The notes: generated by a model not told the origin, from the letters alone. DNA of 64,000 bases from Candidatus Binatia bacterium (GCA_963664395.2 OY761159.2:3552001-3616000), one strand, 5' to 3'. Counted from the first letter of the stretch, positions 8,155-18,562 are shown. Made by a program: numbers and translations.

Positions 8155-10472
8155 ATCCGAACAGTCCCGATTACACCAACACCCCGGCCTCGGACCGGCG
8201 TCCGGGCTATGGCTATCGCCCGGTTGATCCGACCGCCCCGCCGGTCGTGACCATCGTGACGCCGTATTGCAACACCGGGGCGATTTTTCATGAGACGGCG
8301 CGGTCCGTCTTGCGGCAGTCTTTCCAGCAGTGGGAATGGATCATTGTCAACGACGGTTCTACCGACCCGGAAGCGCTGGCTGTTCTCGACTCCTACCGCA
8401 ACACAGACACAAGGATTCGGATTATTGATCACAAGGTCAACCAGGGGCCCAGCGCCGGACGGAATACTGCGTATCGGGCCGCCCGTGCAGAGTACATCGT
8501 CCAGCTCGATACGGACAATATGCTGGAGCCAACAGCTATAGAAAAATGGATCTGGCTATTGGAATCCTATCCCGAATTCGCGTTTGTGAAAGGCTACTCG
8601 GTCGGCTTTGATGCCCGTGAATATCTCTGGGATCAGGGATTCCACAACGGTGGCGTCTTCCTTGAACAGAATCTGGTGGACATCACCAGCGCGCTGCGGC
8701 GCAGCGTGCATACTGCCGTCGGCGGCTATGACGAAACGATTCGAGGCGGACTGGAAGACTGGGACTTCTGGCTGCACTGCGCCAGTCAGGGCCATTGGGG
8801 CACAACGCTGCCGGAGTATCTCGACTGGTACCGCCGCCGCGATAATCACGGCGAGCGCTGGGATAACTGGGATGGTGGGAAGCGCGAGGCTGACTTTCGG
8901 AAACAACTGCGTCAGCGCTACCCGCGTCTCTGGGAAGATTTTCCTACCCCCCAAGCCGCGCCGCTTACGCCGTATGAAACCGTCTCCGATACCTTGCCGT
9001 GGGATAATCGACTCCAAAAGGAAAAACCCCGCCTGTTATTGATCGTGCCGTGGCTGGCCATGGGCGGGTCGGACAAGTTCAATCTGGATTTGCTCGGCCA
9101 ACTCGTCCGGCGAGGCTGGGAAGTGACCATTGCCACAACGCTCAGCGGCGATCATCCCTGGCTGGCCCAATACGCTGGCTTGACGCCCGATATTTTTATC
9201 CTGTACCATTTTCTTCGACCGGCGGACTATCCGCGCTTTGTGCGCTATCTGATCCACAGCCGGGAGATGGACGCCGTGCTCGTCTCGCATAGCGAATTCG
9301 GCTACCAACTCCTGCCCTATCTGCGAGCGTATTTCCCCAGGCTGCCCTTGCTCGATTTTTGTCATATTGAAGAAGAGGCGTGGAAGAACGGCGGCTATCC
9401 GCAGATGTCGGTCACCTACCAGGAAACGCTTGATCGTAGCCTGGTTTCGTCGGAACATCTGAAAGGCTGGATGGCAGGGCGGGGTGCGGACCCGGCTGCC
9501 ATCCAAGTCTGTCATACGAATATCGACGCCGACTATTGGCAGCCCGACGCCGAGCGGGGCCGCCGTGCCCGCCAGCAATACGATATTGCTGCATCAACGC
9601 CGCTGATTGTGTTTGTCGGACGCATCTGTGCGCAAAAACAACCGAAAGTACTGGCGCAGACAGCCCTCCGCCTTGCTCAGGACCGGACGGATTTCGTACT
9701 GGTGGTTGCCGGCGACGGGCCGGATTTTGGGTGGCTCAAGACTTTTATTCGCAAGCACCGGCTGGAGCGACAGGTCCGCCTTGTTGGGGCGTTGTCCAAT
9801 ACAGACATTAGGGACCTGCTGGCCGCGGCGGACATGTTCTTTCTCCCCTCCGAATGGGAGGGCATTGCGCTTTCGGTCTATGAAGCCCTGGCCTGCGGGG
9901 TGCCGGTTGTGGGGGCTGATGTGGGCGGACAGCGTGAGCTGGTCACGCCCGAATGCGGGGTGCTGATTGACCGTGAGTCGGAAGAAGACGAAGCCCGGCA
10001 GTATGCGACCGTCCTGGCCCGACTGCTGGACGAGCCGGAGCAACGGAAAAGCATGGGCCGGCAGGGGCGTCAGCGTATTCTGGATCACTTTCGACTGGAG
10101 CAGATGACCGAGAACATTCTGGCAGCATACGAAGCAGCACGGCAGGAACGGGGCGCGGCCACCGCGCCGGTTCCCGGCCTTGGTCTCGGGCGCGCCTGTG
10201 CAACCCAAGCGGTGGAGTATCTGCGGATCACAACCGTGACGGACTGGCTCTGGCAGGAACAGGAGCAGGGCACTGGACAAGGGCAGGGAACGAGCTTGAT
10301 TCCGGCCCACCTTGTGGCCGCGTATGGCCACTCCTGGCGTACGGTATTGTATTTTTCGGTCCGGCGGATGTTCTTGCCGGTGTATACGGCCTTGCTCAAG
10401 ACAAACCGTCCGTGGCTGTTATCCCTGAAAAATCGTCTCAAACGGCGCTTGCTCCGTGAGGGAACTCCATGA
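8148..10472 (+). CDS. GT2-GT4 fusion glycosyltransferase
   Basis: VNDGSTD, QLDTDN, EDWDFW (GT2); PSEWEGIALSVYEALACG (GT4). Confidence 0.9.
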   Translation: MIDPNSPDYTNTPASDRRPGYGYRPVDPTAPPVVTIVTPYCNTGAIFHETARSVLRQSFQQWEWIIVNDGSTDPEALAVLDSYRNTDTRIRIIDHKVNQGPSAGRNTAYRAARAEYIVQLDTDNMLEPTAIEKWIWLLESYPEFAFVKGYSVGFDAREYLWDQGFHNGGVFLEQNLVDITSALRRSVHTAVGGYDETIRGGLEDWDFWLHCASQGHWGTTLPEYLDWYRRRDNHGERWDNWDGGKREADFRKQLRQRYPRLWEDFPTPQAAPLTPYETVSDTLPWDNRLQKEKPRLLLIVPWLAMGGSDKFNLDLLGQLVRRGWEVTIATTLSGDHPWLAQYAGLTPDIFILYHFLRPADYPRFVRYLIHSREMDAVLVSHSEFGYQLLPYLRAYFPRLPLLDFCHIEEEAWKNGGYPQMSVTYQETLDRSLVSSEHLKGWMAGRGADPAAIQVCHTNIDADYWQPDAERGRRARQQYDIAASTPLIVFVGRICAQKQPKVLAQTALRLAQDRTDFVLVVAGDGPDFGWLKTFIRKHRLERQVRLVGALSNTDIRDLLAAADMFFLPSEWEGIALSVYEALACGVPVVGADVGGQRELVTPECGVLIDRESEEDEARQYATVLARLLDEPEQRKSMGRQGRQRILDHFRLEQMTENILAAYEAARQERGAATAPVPGLGLGRACATQAVEYLRITTVTDWLWQEQEQGTGQGQGTSLIPAHLVAAYGHSWRTVLYFSVRRMFLPVYTALLKTNRPWLLSLKNRLKRRLLREGTP

Positions 10473-11155
10473 GAGATGTGCGGGATACCTATATTAGCCA
10501 GGTTGCGGCTGGAAAATCGTTTGCCGATGTTGGCGGGCTGTGGGGGACCGTGAATGAAAAGGTTTCGGTTGCCCATACCCACGGCGCGCGGGCGCTGACC
10601 ATGATCGATGTCTCACCGCACGACAGTGAGCTGTGGGCATTGTTTGATGAGCGGCGGCGCACGCTCCGGCTGCCGACTGTTGAGTGTGTGAGCGGAGATA
10701 TTCTGACCTTGGCAGAGGCAGACCCCCGCCCGCAGTTCGATGTCGTGCACTGTTCCGGAGTGCTGTATCACATGCCTGAGCCCATGCAGTTTTTACGTGC
10801 CCTACGCAAGATAACCCGTGAGGCCCTCGTCCTCACTTCGGCGATCACCGCGACTCGGGTCGAAAGCGCAAAAGGGATCCTTGAGATTCCTGCCGCGGCC
10901 ATGCTGTGTATCCCGGCCCTTCAAGGCCGAGAGCGTGAGATCGTGCAATCCTATTGGCGGGGCATTGTCGGCGATGGGGCGTTCGGCATCACTCAGGAGG
11001 TGGCGGAGTGGAGTTTTGAGGATTTCGGCCCCTGGTGGTGGCTGCCGACGGCTGAGGCGCTCAGAGCTATGTGTGAGGTGGCCGGGTTCCGCCATGAAGC
11101 CGGAGCGCCAAGTTGGAATGGTAATGCCTACACCTTGCGGCTGTCTGTGCGGTAG
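10469..11155 (+). CDS. SAM-dependent methyltransferase-fold protein
   Basis: SFADVGGLWG and FDVVHCSGVLYH; translationally coupled to the upstream GT. Confidence 0.75.
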   Translation: MRDVRDTYISQVAAGKSFADVGGLWGTVNEKVSVAHTHGARALTMIDVSPHDSELWALFDERRRTLRLPTVECVSGDILTLAEADPRPQFDVVHCSGVLYHMPEPMQFLRALRKITREALVLTSAITATRVESAKGILEIPAAAMLCIPALQGREREIVQSYWRGIVGDGAFGITQEVAEWSFEDFGPWWWLPTAEALRAMCEVAGFRHEAGAPSWNGNAYTLRLSVR

Positions 11156-11197
11156 AACATTCCGGTTTGTATTACATTGTAGGGGGGGAGTTTCAAA

Positions 11198-13849
11198 TCA
11201 TGGCTCTTCAGCAGCGAGTTTATCGCCCACATGAAGCCTAATGGCCGGAGGGAGTAACCTGTCGTCGCGGAGCATGGGTGGATACTGAAGCTCGGAGACA
11301 CGCCCGTCTTCTGACACAGCAAAGACACGCAGGGTCAGGGGAGAGCTTTTCGAGAAATTATCCAATGGCAAGGTATAGCGGAAGCCGGATTGGCGAAGTG
11401 CCGGTTTTCTAAAGTGGCTGGCTACGTCCGGTCGAACAACACCAAACCCACCAGCGTGAAAAAATTCTCCATTGACATAAACCCAGATCTCTTTAGCGAT
11501 TTGAGTCTGTTCAACATCGGCCGCCCAGCCGGCCAACTCAAAATGTCCATCATGTATTTTGCCCAGATCGACCCAGCCTTGGAGGGAAGAGACGACTACC
11601 GGGTGAAGAGTTCCCTGTGGAGACATGATCATAGGTTGATTGGGAGAAGGATATGGGGGCAACTGGTCAAAAATTCCCGTGGGTCGTAGCAATGTAATCT
11701 TTTCGGCCGTCTTCGAAATAATAAATATTTCGATATCATTTGCGCCCTGCTGAAATGCTTCTTCTGCCACAATTGCAGACCAAGCTCCTGACTCACCTTT
11801 GACCGAGAATTGCCATGGCCGGGTTACGGCCTGAATTGTGCCATTCACTGCGACCGCCAAGGTATGGGTAGTCTTGGCGTCTTCTTGCGAACGGATTCGG
11901 CCGGTGATGTGAGCGGGAATAAAGGCTGATTCAATATCGACAGCAGCAAAGAGATCAGGAGAGTCATACTTGATAGAGATCGTATGGTCCTCTCTATGGT
12001 TAAAATCGGAGAGTGGACGACCGGTGAGAGAACGGGACTCGCCGTTGTGAATAAGCCCCAAATCCCGGGGAGATACATCCCCCGAAGTAAGACTAAGCTT
12101 ATAGTCAACGGACTCTTGCAGTATCTGCTGTGAAATAGGCACAAGGCTCAGGCGTTTGTCTATATCCTTGAACGAGAAAAAGGAGAGAGCTTCTCGCTTG
12201 TTGTTAGCATTCAAGGCGGATTGTCCATCTGTTGGCCAGGGGAGTGTAACGCCTAAAAGCTCTGCCACGGTCGGCAAGATATCAGTTGTTTCGACGGAAG
12301 ATTCGATCAGGAGTGCTTCCTGCTGGTATGGTGCCTTAATAAAGAATGGGACCAGGGCAATATCACCGTGATTAGTATCTGTCATTTGGCGATGAAACCC
12401 ACCGGCTCGAAAATTGACTCCGTGGTCGGAGGTAATAATGATGAGAGAACGATCATAGAGGCCAACTTGACGAAGGTGAGCAAGTAGCTGTCCCAAAAGA
12501 TTATCTACAAATTTGACTTGGAGAAGATAGCGTTGGTAGTTCTGCGCAATCGCCCATGTGTCATTCCCCCATTGAGCTTTACTGTGCTCAGAAAGCCCAG
12601 CGAGGTCTCTATCTCTGCTGTACAGTTTTCCTGACGGCAAATAGTTGTAAAGGACATGGGGGAGAAGAATATGAAGATAATGGAGGGTTGGTTGTGGTTG
12701 GGGCTTAATGGCATTCGCAAATTCGGCAAACTGTTCAAAACGGTCAACCCACATACCCTCGGTTATGGAATCCCAAATATCTTTTTTGATTCGTGCTTTC
12801 CCCTTTTTGTCAATAGGAGAAGAAACAGGAATGTAGGGAGAAGGCGTTCCGCCAAAGTTCATCCAATTTTGGGTAATAGGGGGAAGCCATACACGTAGGT
12901 CCGACGGAAGGAGCAGATGAAGATAGACAATTGATAGGTCGGAGCCAAGGGCCACGAGGTGTTGAGGCAGACTGTCCTTCCTGGGCTTATTACAGAGTGC
13001 ATCGGGACAGAGCATGGTGAAGGTACCGAATGTTTTAATTGTATAGGCGTCTTGCAAGAGGGTAAAAATGTTGTGGGGATGATCATTTGCTATAGGCAGA
13101 AGAGAAGAATCTGGATATCGCCCTGTTAGTATAGCCGGGATCGCGTACAGTGTTGTGTCACTCACGGTGGTGGTATTTTTGAACCACGTTGCATTCTTCG
13201 CAAAAGCCGCGAAATTCGGATATTGAGCAGGGTCAATCTGCAAATCCTTGTCAAGCAGAGAGACCAAAGAGAACTCGTCAAAAACCACCATGACGATAGG
13301 CGGTGGATTGTCAATCTCGACTCCCGTAACAGCAACTTCTTCTTGAGAAAAAAGAATATTCGAGACCGGAGAGAAGAAGAGAAAGAGGGCTGGCACGAGC
13401 ACCAGGCCGGGCGAGAGCAGGGTGAAAAATGTCCGTATCACGGGGAAGCGGTAATAGCCGACGACCGTGAGCAGGCCAATCAGACTAGCACTGGCAACGA
13501 GAATGGCACCTGGCACATGTGGTACTGCCTGCACGACTTGAACTGCGAGGGCAGCCAAGCAAACTGCTAATAGACACAACAGCAGCCCAAGACTTACCCC
13601 TCTATGAATCCAACTCATCACCCATGCCGGGAGCAGGAGCAGGGTAGGGAAGCCCAGGAACAGGAGCAGGACAAACAGGATGATATCGAGCGGGGCAGAC
13701 TGGCGGATGACAAAGAATTCAGCGTGACGAGACAGGAGATCGAATAACGGCTGCGTCACTGCGAAATTCCACACTATCAGGAAGTGCAGGCTGCACAGTG
13801 CAAGCCCTGGATAGCGGGATATGGGGAAGGCTGGTTGATGCTGGCTCAT
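11198..13849 (-). CDS. Membrane-anchored alkaline-phosphatase-superfamily (LtaS/sulfatase-fold) enzyme with C-terminal Ig-like domains
   Basis: About 5 N-terminal TMs; VVFDEFS, NTTTVSDTTLYAIPAILTG (Thr nucleophile region), HILLPH, ITSDHG; C-terminal GWAAD...RPDV...SGF domain. Confidence 0.82.
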   Translation of the reverse strand: MSQHQPAFPISRYPGLALCSLHFLIVWNFAVTQPLFDLLSRHAEFFVIRQSAPLDIILFVLLLFLGFPTLLLLPAWVMSWIHRGVSLGLLLCLLAVCLAALAVQVVQAVPHVPGAILVASASLIGLLTVVGYYRFPVIRTFFTLLSPGLVLVPALFLFFSPVSNILFSQEEVAVTGVEIDNPPPIVMVVFDEFSLVSLLDKDLQIDPAQYPNFAAFAKNATWFKNTTTVSDTTLYAIPAILTGRYPDSSLLPIANDHPHNIFTLLQDAYTIKTFGTFTMLCPDALCNKPRKDSLPQHLVALGSDLSIVYLHLLLPSDLRVWLPPITQNWMNFGGTPSPYIPVSSPIDKKGKARIKKDIWDSITEGMWVDRFEQFAEFANAIKPQPQPTLHYLHILLPHVLYNYLPSGKLYSRDRDLAGLSEHSKAQWGNDTWAIAQNYQRYLLQVKFVDNLLGQLLAHLRQVGLYDRSLIIITSDHGVNFRAGGFHRQMTDTNHGDIALVPFFIKAPYQQEALLIESSVETTDILPTVAELLGVTLPWPTDGQSALNANNKREALSFFSFKDIDKRLSLVPISQQILQESVDYKLSLTSGDVSPRDLGLIHNGESRSLTGRPLSDFNHREDHTISIKYDSPDLFAAVDIESAFIPAHITGRIRSQEDAKTTHTLAVAVNGTIQAVTRPWQFSVKGESGAWSAIVAEEAFQQGANDIEIFIISKTAEKITLLRPTGIFDQLPPYPSPNQPMIMSPQGTLHPVVVSSLQGWVDLGKIHDGHFELAGWAADVEQTQIAKEIWVYVNGEFFHAGGFGVVRPDVASHFRKPALRQSGFRYTLPLDNFSKSSPLTLRVFAVSEDGRVSELQYPPMLRDDRLLPPAIRLHVGDKLAAEEP

Positions 13850-13864
13850 CTATACTCGTGCGCC

Positions 13865-15283
13865 TCACGCCTGGCGTTTACTCCGCGCGTAGTAGAGCCG
13901 GCGCGTGCCTGATTCGAGCGTCTCTTGCTGGTCAATTTCAAATGCGTCGGCCAGACAGCGCTCGAAATAGGTGGTCTCATAGTCCGTATAATGATCGGCC
14001 TTGTGCCGCAGCAGGGTTTGGACCATGGGGTCGTCTCGGGTGACGAATTCTATGACCAGATCAGAGCCGAGACTTGCCAGCCAAGAGACGAATTCTCCAA
14101 GTGGAATATGAGCGCTGATAACCACATGGTGGAGCAAGGCCAGACATAAGGTCAGGTCGGGCGTGCCGCGCTCGATAAGTGCCTTGCGTTCCAGACCACG
14201 CCAGCCGAGATTCGGGGTGGGGTCGGCCACGTTGCTGATGAGCGGCAGGATATTGGGCGCGTGTTCTTGCTTGAGCGCGTTATAGAAGCGTTCAATCACC
14301 AGAGCATCGATATCCATTGCCAGCACATACTCCGCATTTTCCGCGGCAATGCGCGAAAACGTGCCGGTATTGCAGCCCAGGTCCCAGACCAGATTCCAGG
14401 GTCGGGAGTGGCTGATACGCCGCACGAAATCGGCCTTCTGCGCTTGCTCACGTTGCGTGTAGGGGAGGGCTTCTGTGTAGTCGGACCAGGTTGAGCGCGT
14501 CTGCTGCCAGGTCAGCTTGGCAACCTGTTTCCGCAGCCGACTGACATTGGCCTGGATCAACGCCTTATGAAAGCCGGCCTGGCGTAAATCTTTCTTGAGG
14601 TTGCGCTCCGTGTGGGCATAGGACGATTGGGCTTTGGCCTGGAGGATGACATGGGAAAGAATGCCCGGACGAAGCATATCTCTGAGCGACATGAGTTGCG
14701 CGCACTGGGCTGGTTCAATGCCTTCCAGATTGCCACGCAGCCAGGGCTGAAAGGGCACGTCTTTGTAGGCTTGCAGAAAGAGCGGATAGAGAAACAGTTG
14801 ACAGAACTGGCGGTAGCCGACCCACGGTTCGCCGGGCCGCAGCCGCTCGAACGAGGGAATATCGATAAAGACCGGCCGGCTGCCGAACCATTGGACGTTG
14901 AAGGGCGTCGCGTCTTTGAGTGTCATGTCGGTACGCAGCGCGGCGTCCTGGAGTTCGAGGGTCAGCAGCGCGGCGTCCTGCAACATGCTGAACGACCACT
15001 CGTAGGGATAGGAAATAAAGGGAATCGGCTGATGTTGTAAGACGACGGACCATTGTTCGTCTTTGGCCAAGGGCGAGGCGGCCAACTCAATCTGTTCGGT
15101 CCGGACCAGCTTGCCGGCTGTCATGAACTGCTGAAAAAAAGGCTTTGAGGTGAGGGCTTCCCACTCTTGGGCGGCATGCGGGTTGAGGCCGCGCAGGACC
15201 GCTCCGTCCCGGTAAAAGACCCGGTTGGTGCGGTCGCGGAACGAACCCGGCTCGAAGTCAGTCAAGTCGGTCAAGTCGGTCAT
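13865..15283 (-). CDS. Kinase-fold / class I methyltransferase fusion (NoeA-like)
   Basis: N-terminal GSFRD, LKDATPFNVQW and VFIDIPSF; C-terminal VWDLGCNTG, AMDID and LALLHH. Confidence 0.8.
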   Translation of the reverse strand: MTDLTDLTDFEPGSFRDRTNRVFYRDGAVLRGLNPHAAQEWEALTSKPFFQQFMTAGKLVRTEQIELAASPLAKDEQWSVVLQHQPIPFISYPYEWSFSMLQDAALLTLELQDAALRTDMTLKDATPFNVQWFGSRPVFIDIPSFERLRPGEPWVGYRQFCQLFLYPLFLQAYKDVPFQPWLRGNLEGIEPAQCAQLMSLRDMLRPGILSHVILQAKAQSSYAHTERNLKKDLRQAGFHKALIQANVSRLRKQVAKLTWQQTRSTWSDYTEALPYTQREQAQKADFVRRISHSRPWNLVWDLGCNTGTFSRIAAENAEYVLAMDIDALVIERFYNALKQEHAPNILPLISNVADPTPNLGWRGLERKALIERGTPDLTLCLALLHHVVISAHIPLGEFVSWLASLGSDLVIEFVTRDDPMVQTLLRHKADHYTDYETTYFERCLADAFEIDQQETLESGTRRLYYARSKRQA

Positions 15284-15310
15284 GGTGAGCGGGGAGAGAG
15301 GGGGGATGAT

Positions 15311-15580
15311 TTACTGCTGTTCAGGCGGAGCTTTAATCTCGATTTCCGAATCAACGGCTGGCGGTTCGGAGGCGGTGTCGGCTTCGGCCCGGCGCAGGCC
15401 AAACATTACCAAGAGCTGCTGCCAGTAGAGTTTGAGCAACACGGCGAAGCCGGCCAGTCCGCCCAGCACGATCTGGAGCAGCATACTGCCGCTGCCCGGA
15501 TCGAGATAGGCAAGGGCCGCAGGAGGCGCTACCAGGCTGAGGAACAAAACAATGAGGCTACAATGTCCAAGCTGTTGCAC
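15311..15580 (-). CDS. Small membrane protein with signal peptide and YLDPGSGS motif
   Basis: ...VAPPAALA-YLDPGSGSMLLQIVLGGLAGFAVLLKLYW; GGGGGGAG RBS upstream; first gene of a co-oriented three-gene unit. Confidence 0.8.
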   Translation of the reverse strand: MQQLGHCSLIVLFLSLVAPPAALAYLDPGSGSMLLQIVLGGLAGFAVLLKLYWQQLLVMFGLRRAEADTASEPPAVDSEIEIKAPPEQQ

Positions 15581-15684
15581 GCGCTACTCCCCCCGTGTGT
15601 CACGGCTATTCGCATATCTGGCATATACATGTAACACGCGTGTAATAACTGATCCCGGACGTTTTCTCAATGGCGAGGATACTG

Positions 15685-15741
15685 AGGGGATGTGTTCTGC
15701 TCCCCTCCTTGGAGGGGTGGCCGTAGGCCGGGGTGGGTTCC
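15685..15741. repeat. Family-A REP-like palindrome (truncated doublet)
   Basis: GAGGGGATGTGTTCTGCTCCCCTCCTTGGAGGGGTGGCCGTAGGCCGGGGTGGGTTCC; same spacer as the reverse complement of 48695-48750. Confidence 0.85.
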
Positions 15742-15858
15742 TTAGGACAGGTGCATGTTGACTGTTTGGCGGTGGCTCTGGTAAATGTGGATACTGTGGA
15801 AAGATGGAAAAGTCGTATGTGGCAAGAGCGTGTATCACCGAGGGGTGAGGGGGAGAAA

Positions 15859-18483
15859 ATGAAAGCAATATTGACAGCAAAAGTAGGCATGTTCCTGGTT
15901 GTTTCCTCAGTCCTCGCAATATGGACGCTCCTGGCCGCCCAGCATGTTCAGGCGCACACGACAAGGAGTCTCTGTCCACTCCTAGTTGTAGCAGCCTTCC
16001 TAACGGCTGACTGGATTTTTTGATGAGGGCAGATGGCCCGTATGCCTCAAGTAGCAGCACTTAACCAGCATTCCCCAGTCTCAACAAAGAAAGGAACCGG
16101 TGAAACCGGAGGGGTAATAAAAACTATTATCACTACGCCAAGATTACGGTCCCCGCACTGACGGCAGGGGAGCTGATGGTGTCTGATGCAACGAACCCCT
16201 GATGGTCCCTCGGACTGGATTCTCTGTCGGGGAAGACAAAGGATTGCGGAATCTCGACCGAGCTACACGACGGCCCATTGCCGAAAAACCAAGCCGACGC
16301 TAATGCCGCGGCCCAAGACCGAGCGCCGAAACCGGCCTTGTTAAGTGATTGCCGGATTCCTAACCCGCTGACCGGCTGACCAAACCGAGTGACATGCATA
16401 GCGCCGCTGCCGATGACGCCTTAAGCACAGCCGCCACCGCCTTGCTCGCCTCCGCCTTAAGGAAGCCGGACGCTGACCATGCGCCGCTGACGCCGACGCC
16501 GACGCTACGACTGCTGCCGACCGCCGAGGGGCCGAAATGCCAGCACTGACGCTGGTCGCCGATACCGCCGGATGTCGCCACCGTGAACGGACTAAGCTCC
16601 GCGGCTCGCCTTGGAACCGCCGCCACCGCCTTACCACTGCCGCCACCGCCTTAGACCGCCGCCGACGCCTTAGACAGCCGTCATATGGATGTCGCATGTC
16701 CATTAACACATTGATCTCGTCGGGAGATGAAGAATATGTGGTGGTCGTTTCGGTCCCGGCAGGTAACCATGCCCTGCCATTGACCGTCTCGTTCGAAAGG
16801 CGTGATGGCTACTGCCGCGTGGATGATCAGAACGGACAGGACGAAGGCTCGTTTACGAGCCCGAATAATCAGCGGATTATCCGCACCCTCGATGACCACC
16901 GCCACCGACCCTGGGCTCCTGACCGTGAAGACGACAGGGAGCGCGGTGGATACGAAGGAACACTTGCGGCTGTACCACCGGCTAGATCGTTGATGGACGA
17001 GGGTAGTGGGGGCAATTTTGAGATTGTTCTCACCAGTAAAGGCCGGATGCTACTACTTATACCTGTGATTGTAGAGGGGACAGACCCGCAGTGAGAGAGG
17101 GGATTACGGCCTGAAGGTGGAGTTCGGAGTCGCAACTTAGGTAATGATAGCGCCCCAGGTTCGAGTCATCGAAAGCGGACCAATACGCTCTGACGCCCGG
17201 TACCGATAATGATGATCTTGAGATGCAGGGATTCCGGACGCGCGGATTACTTCTTTTTTACTTCTGAAGACCGGCTACGGATTCCTGACCGTAGAGACCA
17301 GAGGAAGCCCACGACGGTGTTACAACGGAGACGAACACCACAGGGACGCTCTTTTCACAACTGAAGGGCAGGTTGTGACGGACACTGATAGTGGCACTGG
17401 CAACAATTTCCTGATTCGTGCGCCAATCTCGCCGGGGATTACATTGTAGAGGTGAAGGGGTCGAGTTCATCCACGACAACAACGGACGAGGGGACTACGT
17501 GTTGGTGAACGACCTCCGAAACGGCTACCACTCCTCGGGGATTGCCCTCATCGATGGGAGGCGGTACTACGGGATGCGACTGCGCAAGGCTGTTATTGCG
17601 CTACTGGAGCGGAGTGTGAACCCCCTACTCAATCAATGTCGACAAAGCAGGCACCCTGCAAGTGAAGACGACAGGGACATCGATACGATTGGGGTTCTCT
17701 ATGGGCCGGATGGCCAGCAGATTGCTGAGGACGATGATAGTGGCGACGGACATGAATTTCATGATTCACTCAGGCTGTCGAGGCCGGACAGTATATTGTG
17801 ACGGTAGAGGGGAAGGCCGAGATACGGTGGGTGCTTACACCTTAGTGGTGAACTTCGTAGAGAGCATTGTTGTTGGGACGACAAACCAAGTGGCGGAGTT
17901 GGAGCAGGAGCGGGATACTGCGCTGGCAGAGCGGAATTGCGCGGACTGAGCGGGATGATTTGAGGAGGTGGATGATTTGAGGGACGAGGTCGCTCCGGTT
18001 ACGGTCGATGCGACGGGTAACTTGGGGAATCCTCCCAATGACGGTGGAGTCAGAAGCGGCATTGGGCTCATCTCGGGCTGGGTGTGTGCGGCCAATGAGT
18101 GTCGAGATTCGTATTTCTAATGCCCAAGGATTCTCAACAAGGCAACCCTGAATGCCGCGTATGGCACGACCCGACCCGATACGGTCGGGCAGTGTGGCAT
18201 CAAGAGCCCCAATACCGGGTTTGGGATGACGTACAACTTCAATCATCTGGACGAGGGACATATACGATCGGAGCCTATGCGGACGGTCTCGACGAGCAGA
18301 TTGGCCCGAGCCGCTACTTTTGAGGTCGTCCATCTCATGGACTTTGCAGCCATTGATGACGATAGATTCCTGCGAGGATTGAAGGGTGAGTGTCGCGCGG
18401 ATGATTTCCCTGAAATGGGAGACAAGACGATTCTGGAGTGGGAACAGAGTATCCAGAACTTCGTGATTAGCGACGTGCAGTAA
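15859..18483 (+). pseudogene. Large secreted protein (signal peptide, Ala-rich stalk, PPC-like domains, SGWVC C-terminal domain) broken by many frameshifts
   Basis: Fragments in alternating frames: MKAILTAKVGMFLVV...VQAH; YAKITVPALTAGEL; DTIGVLYGPDGQQIAEDDDSGDG; VGAYTLVV; SGIGLISGWVCAANE; TYNFNHLDEG; LEWEQSIQNFVISDVQ*. Confidence 0.65.
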
Positions 18484-18490
18484 ACCCTTC

Positions 18491-18513
18491 GGGGCAGGCC
18501 CCTGCGCCTGCCC
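18491..18513. repeat. GGGGCA-type REP hairpin
   Basis: GGGGCAGGCCCCTGCGCCTGCCC; related to 19175-19197 and 39628-39653. Confidence 0.6.
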
Positions 18514-18533
18514 TCATTCCTCTGCCGTAAAAC

Positions 18534-18562
18534 AAGGCCGGCTGAGTAATCAGCCGGCCTTT
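18534..18562 (+). terminator. Rho-independent terminator-like hairpin between convergent genes
   Basis: AAGGCCGGCTGA-GTAA-TCAGCCGGCCTTT. Confidence 0.7.

Noticed and set aside
11198-13849. True formylglycine-dependent sulfatase
   Set aside because: It lacks the C/SxPxR signature; Thr occupies the nucleophile region.
15859-18483. Diversity-generating retroelement target
   Set aside because: No reverse transcriptase and no TR/VR pair seen; the damage is indels rather than adenine-specific substitutions.
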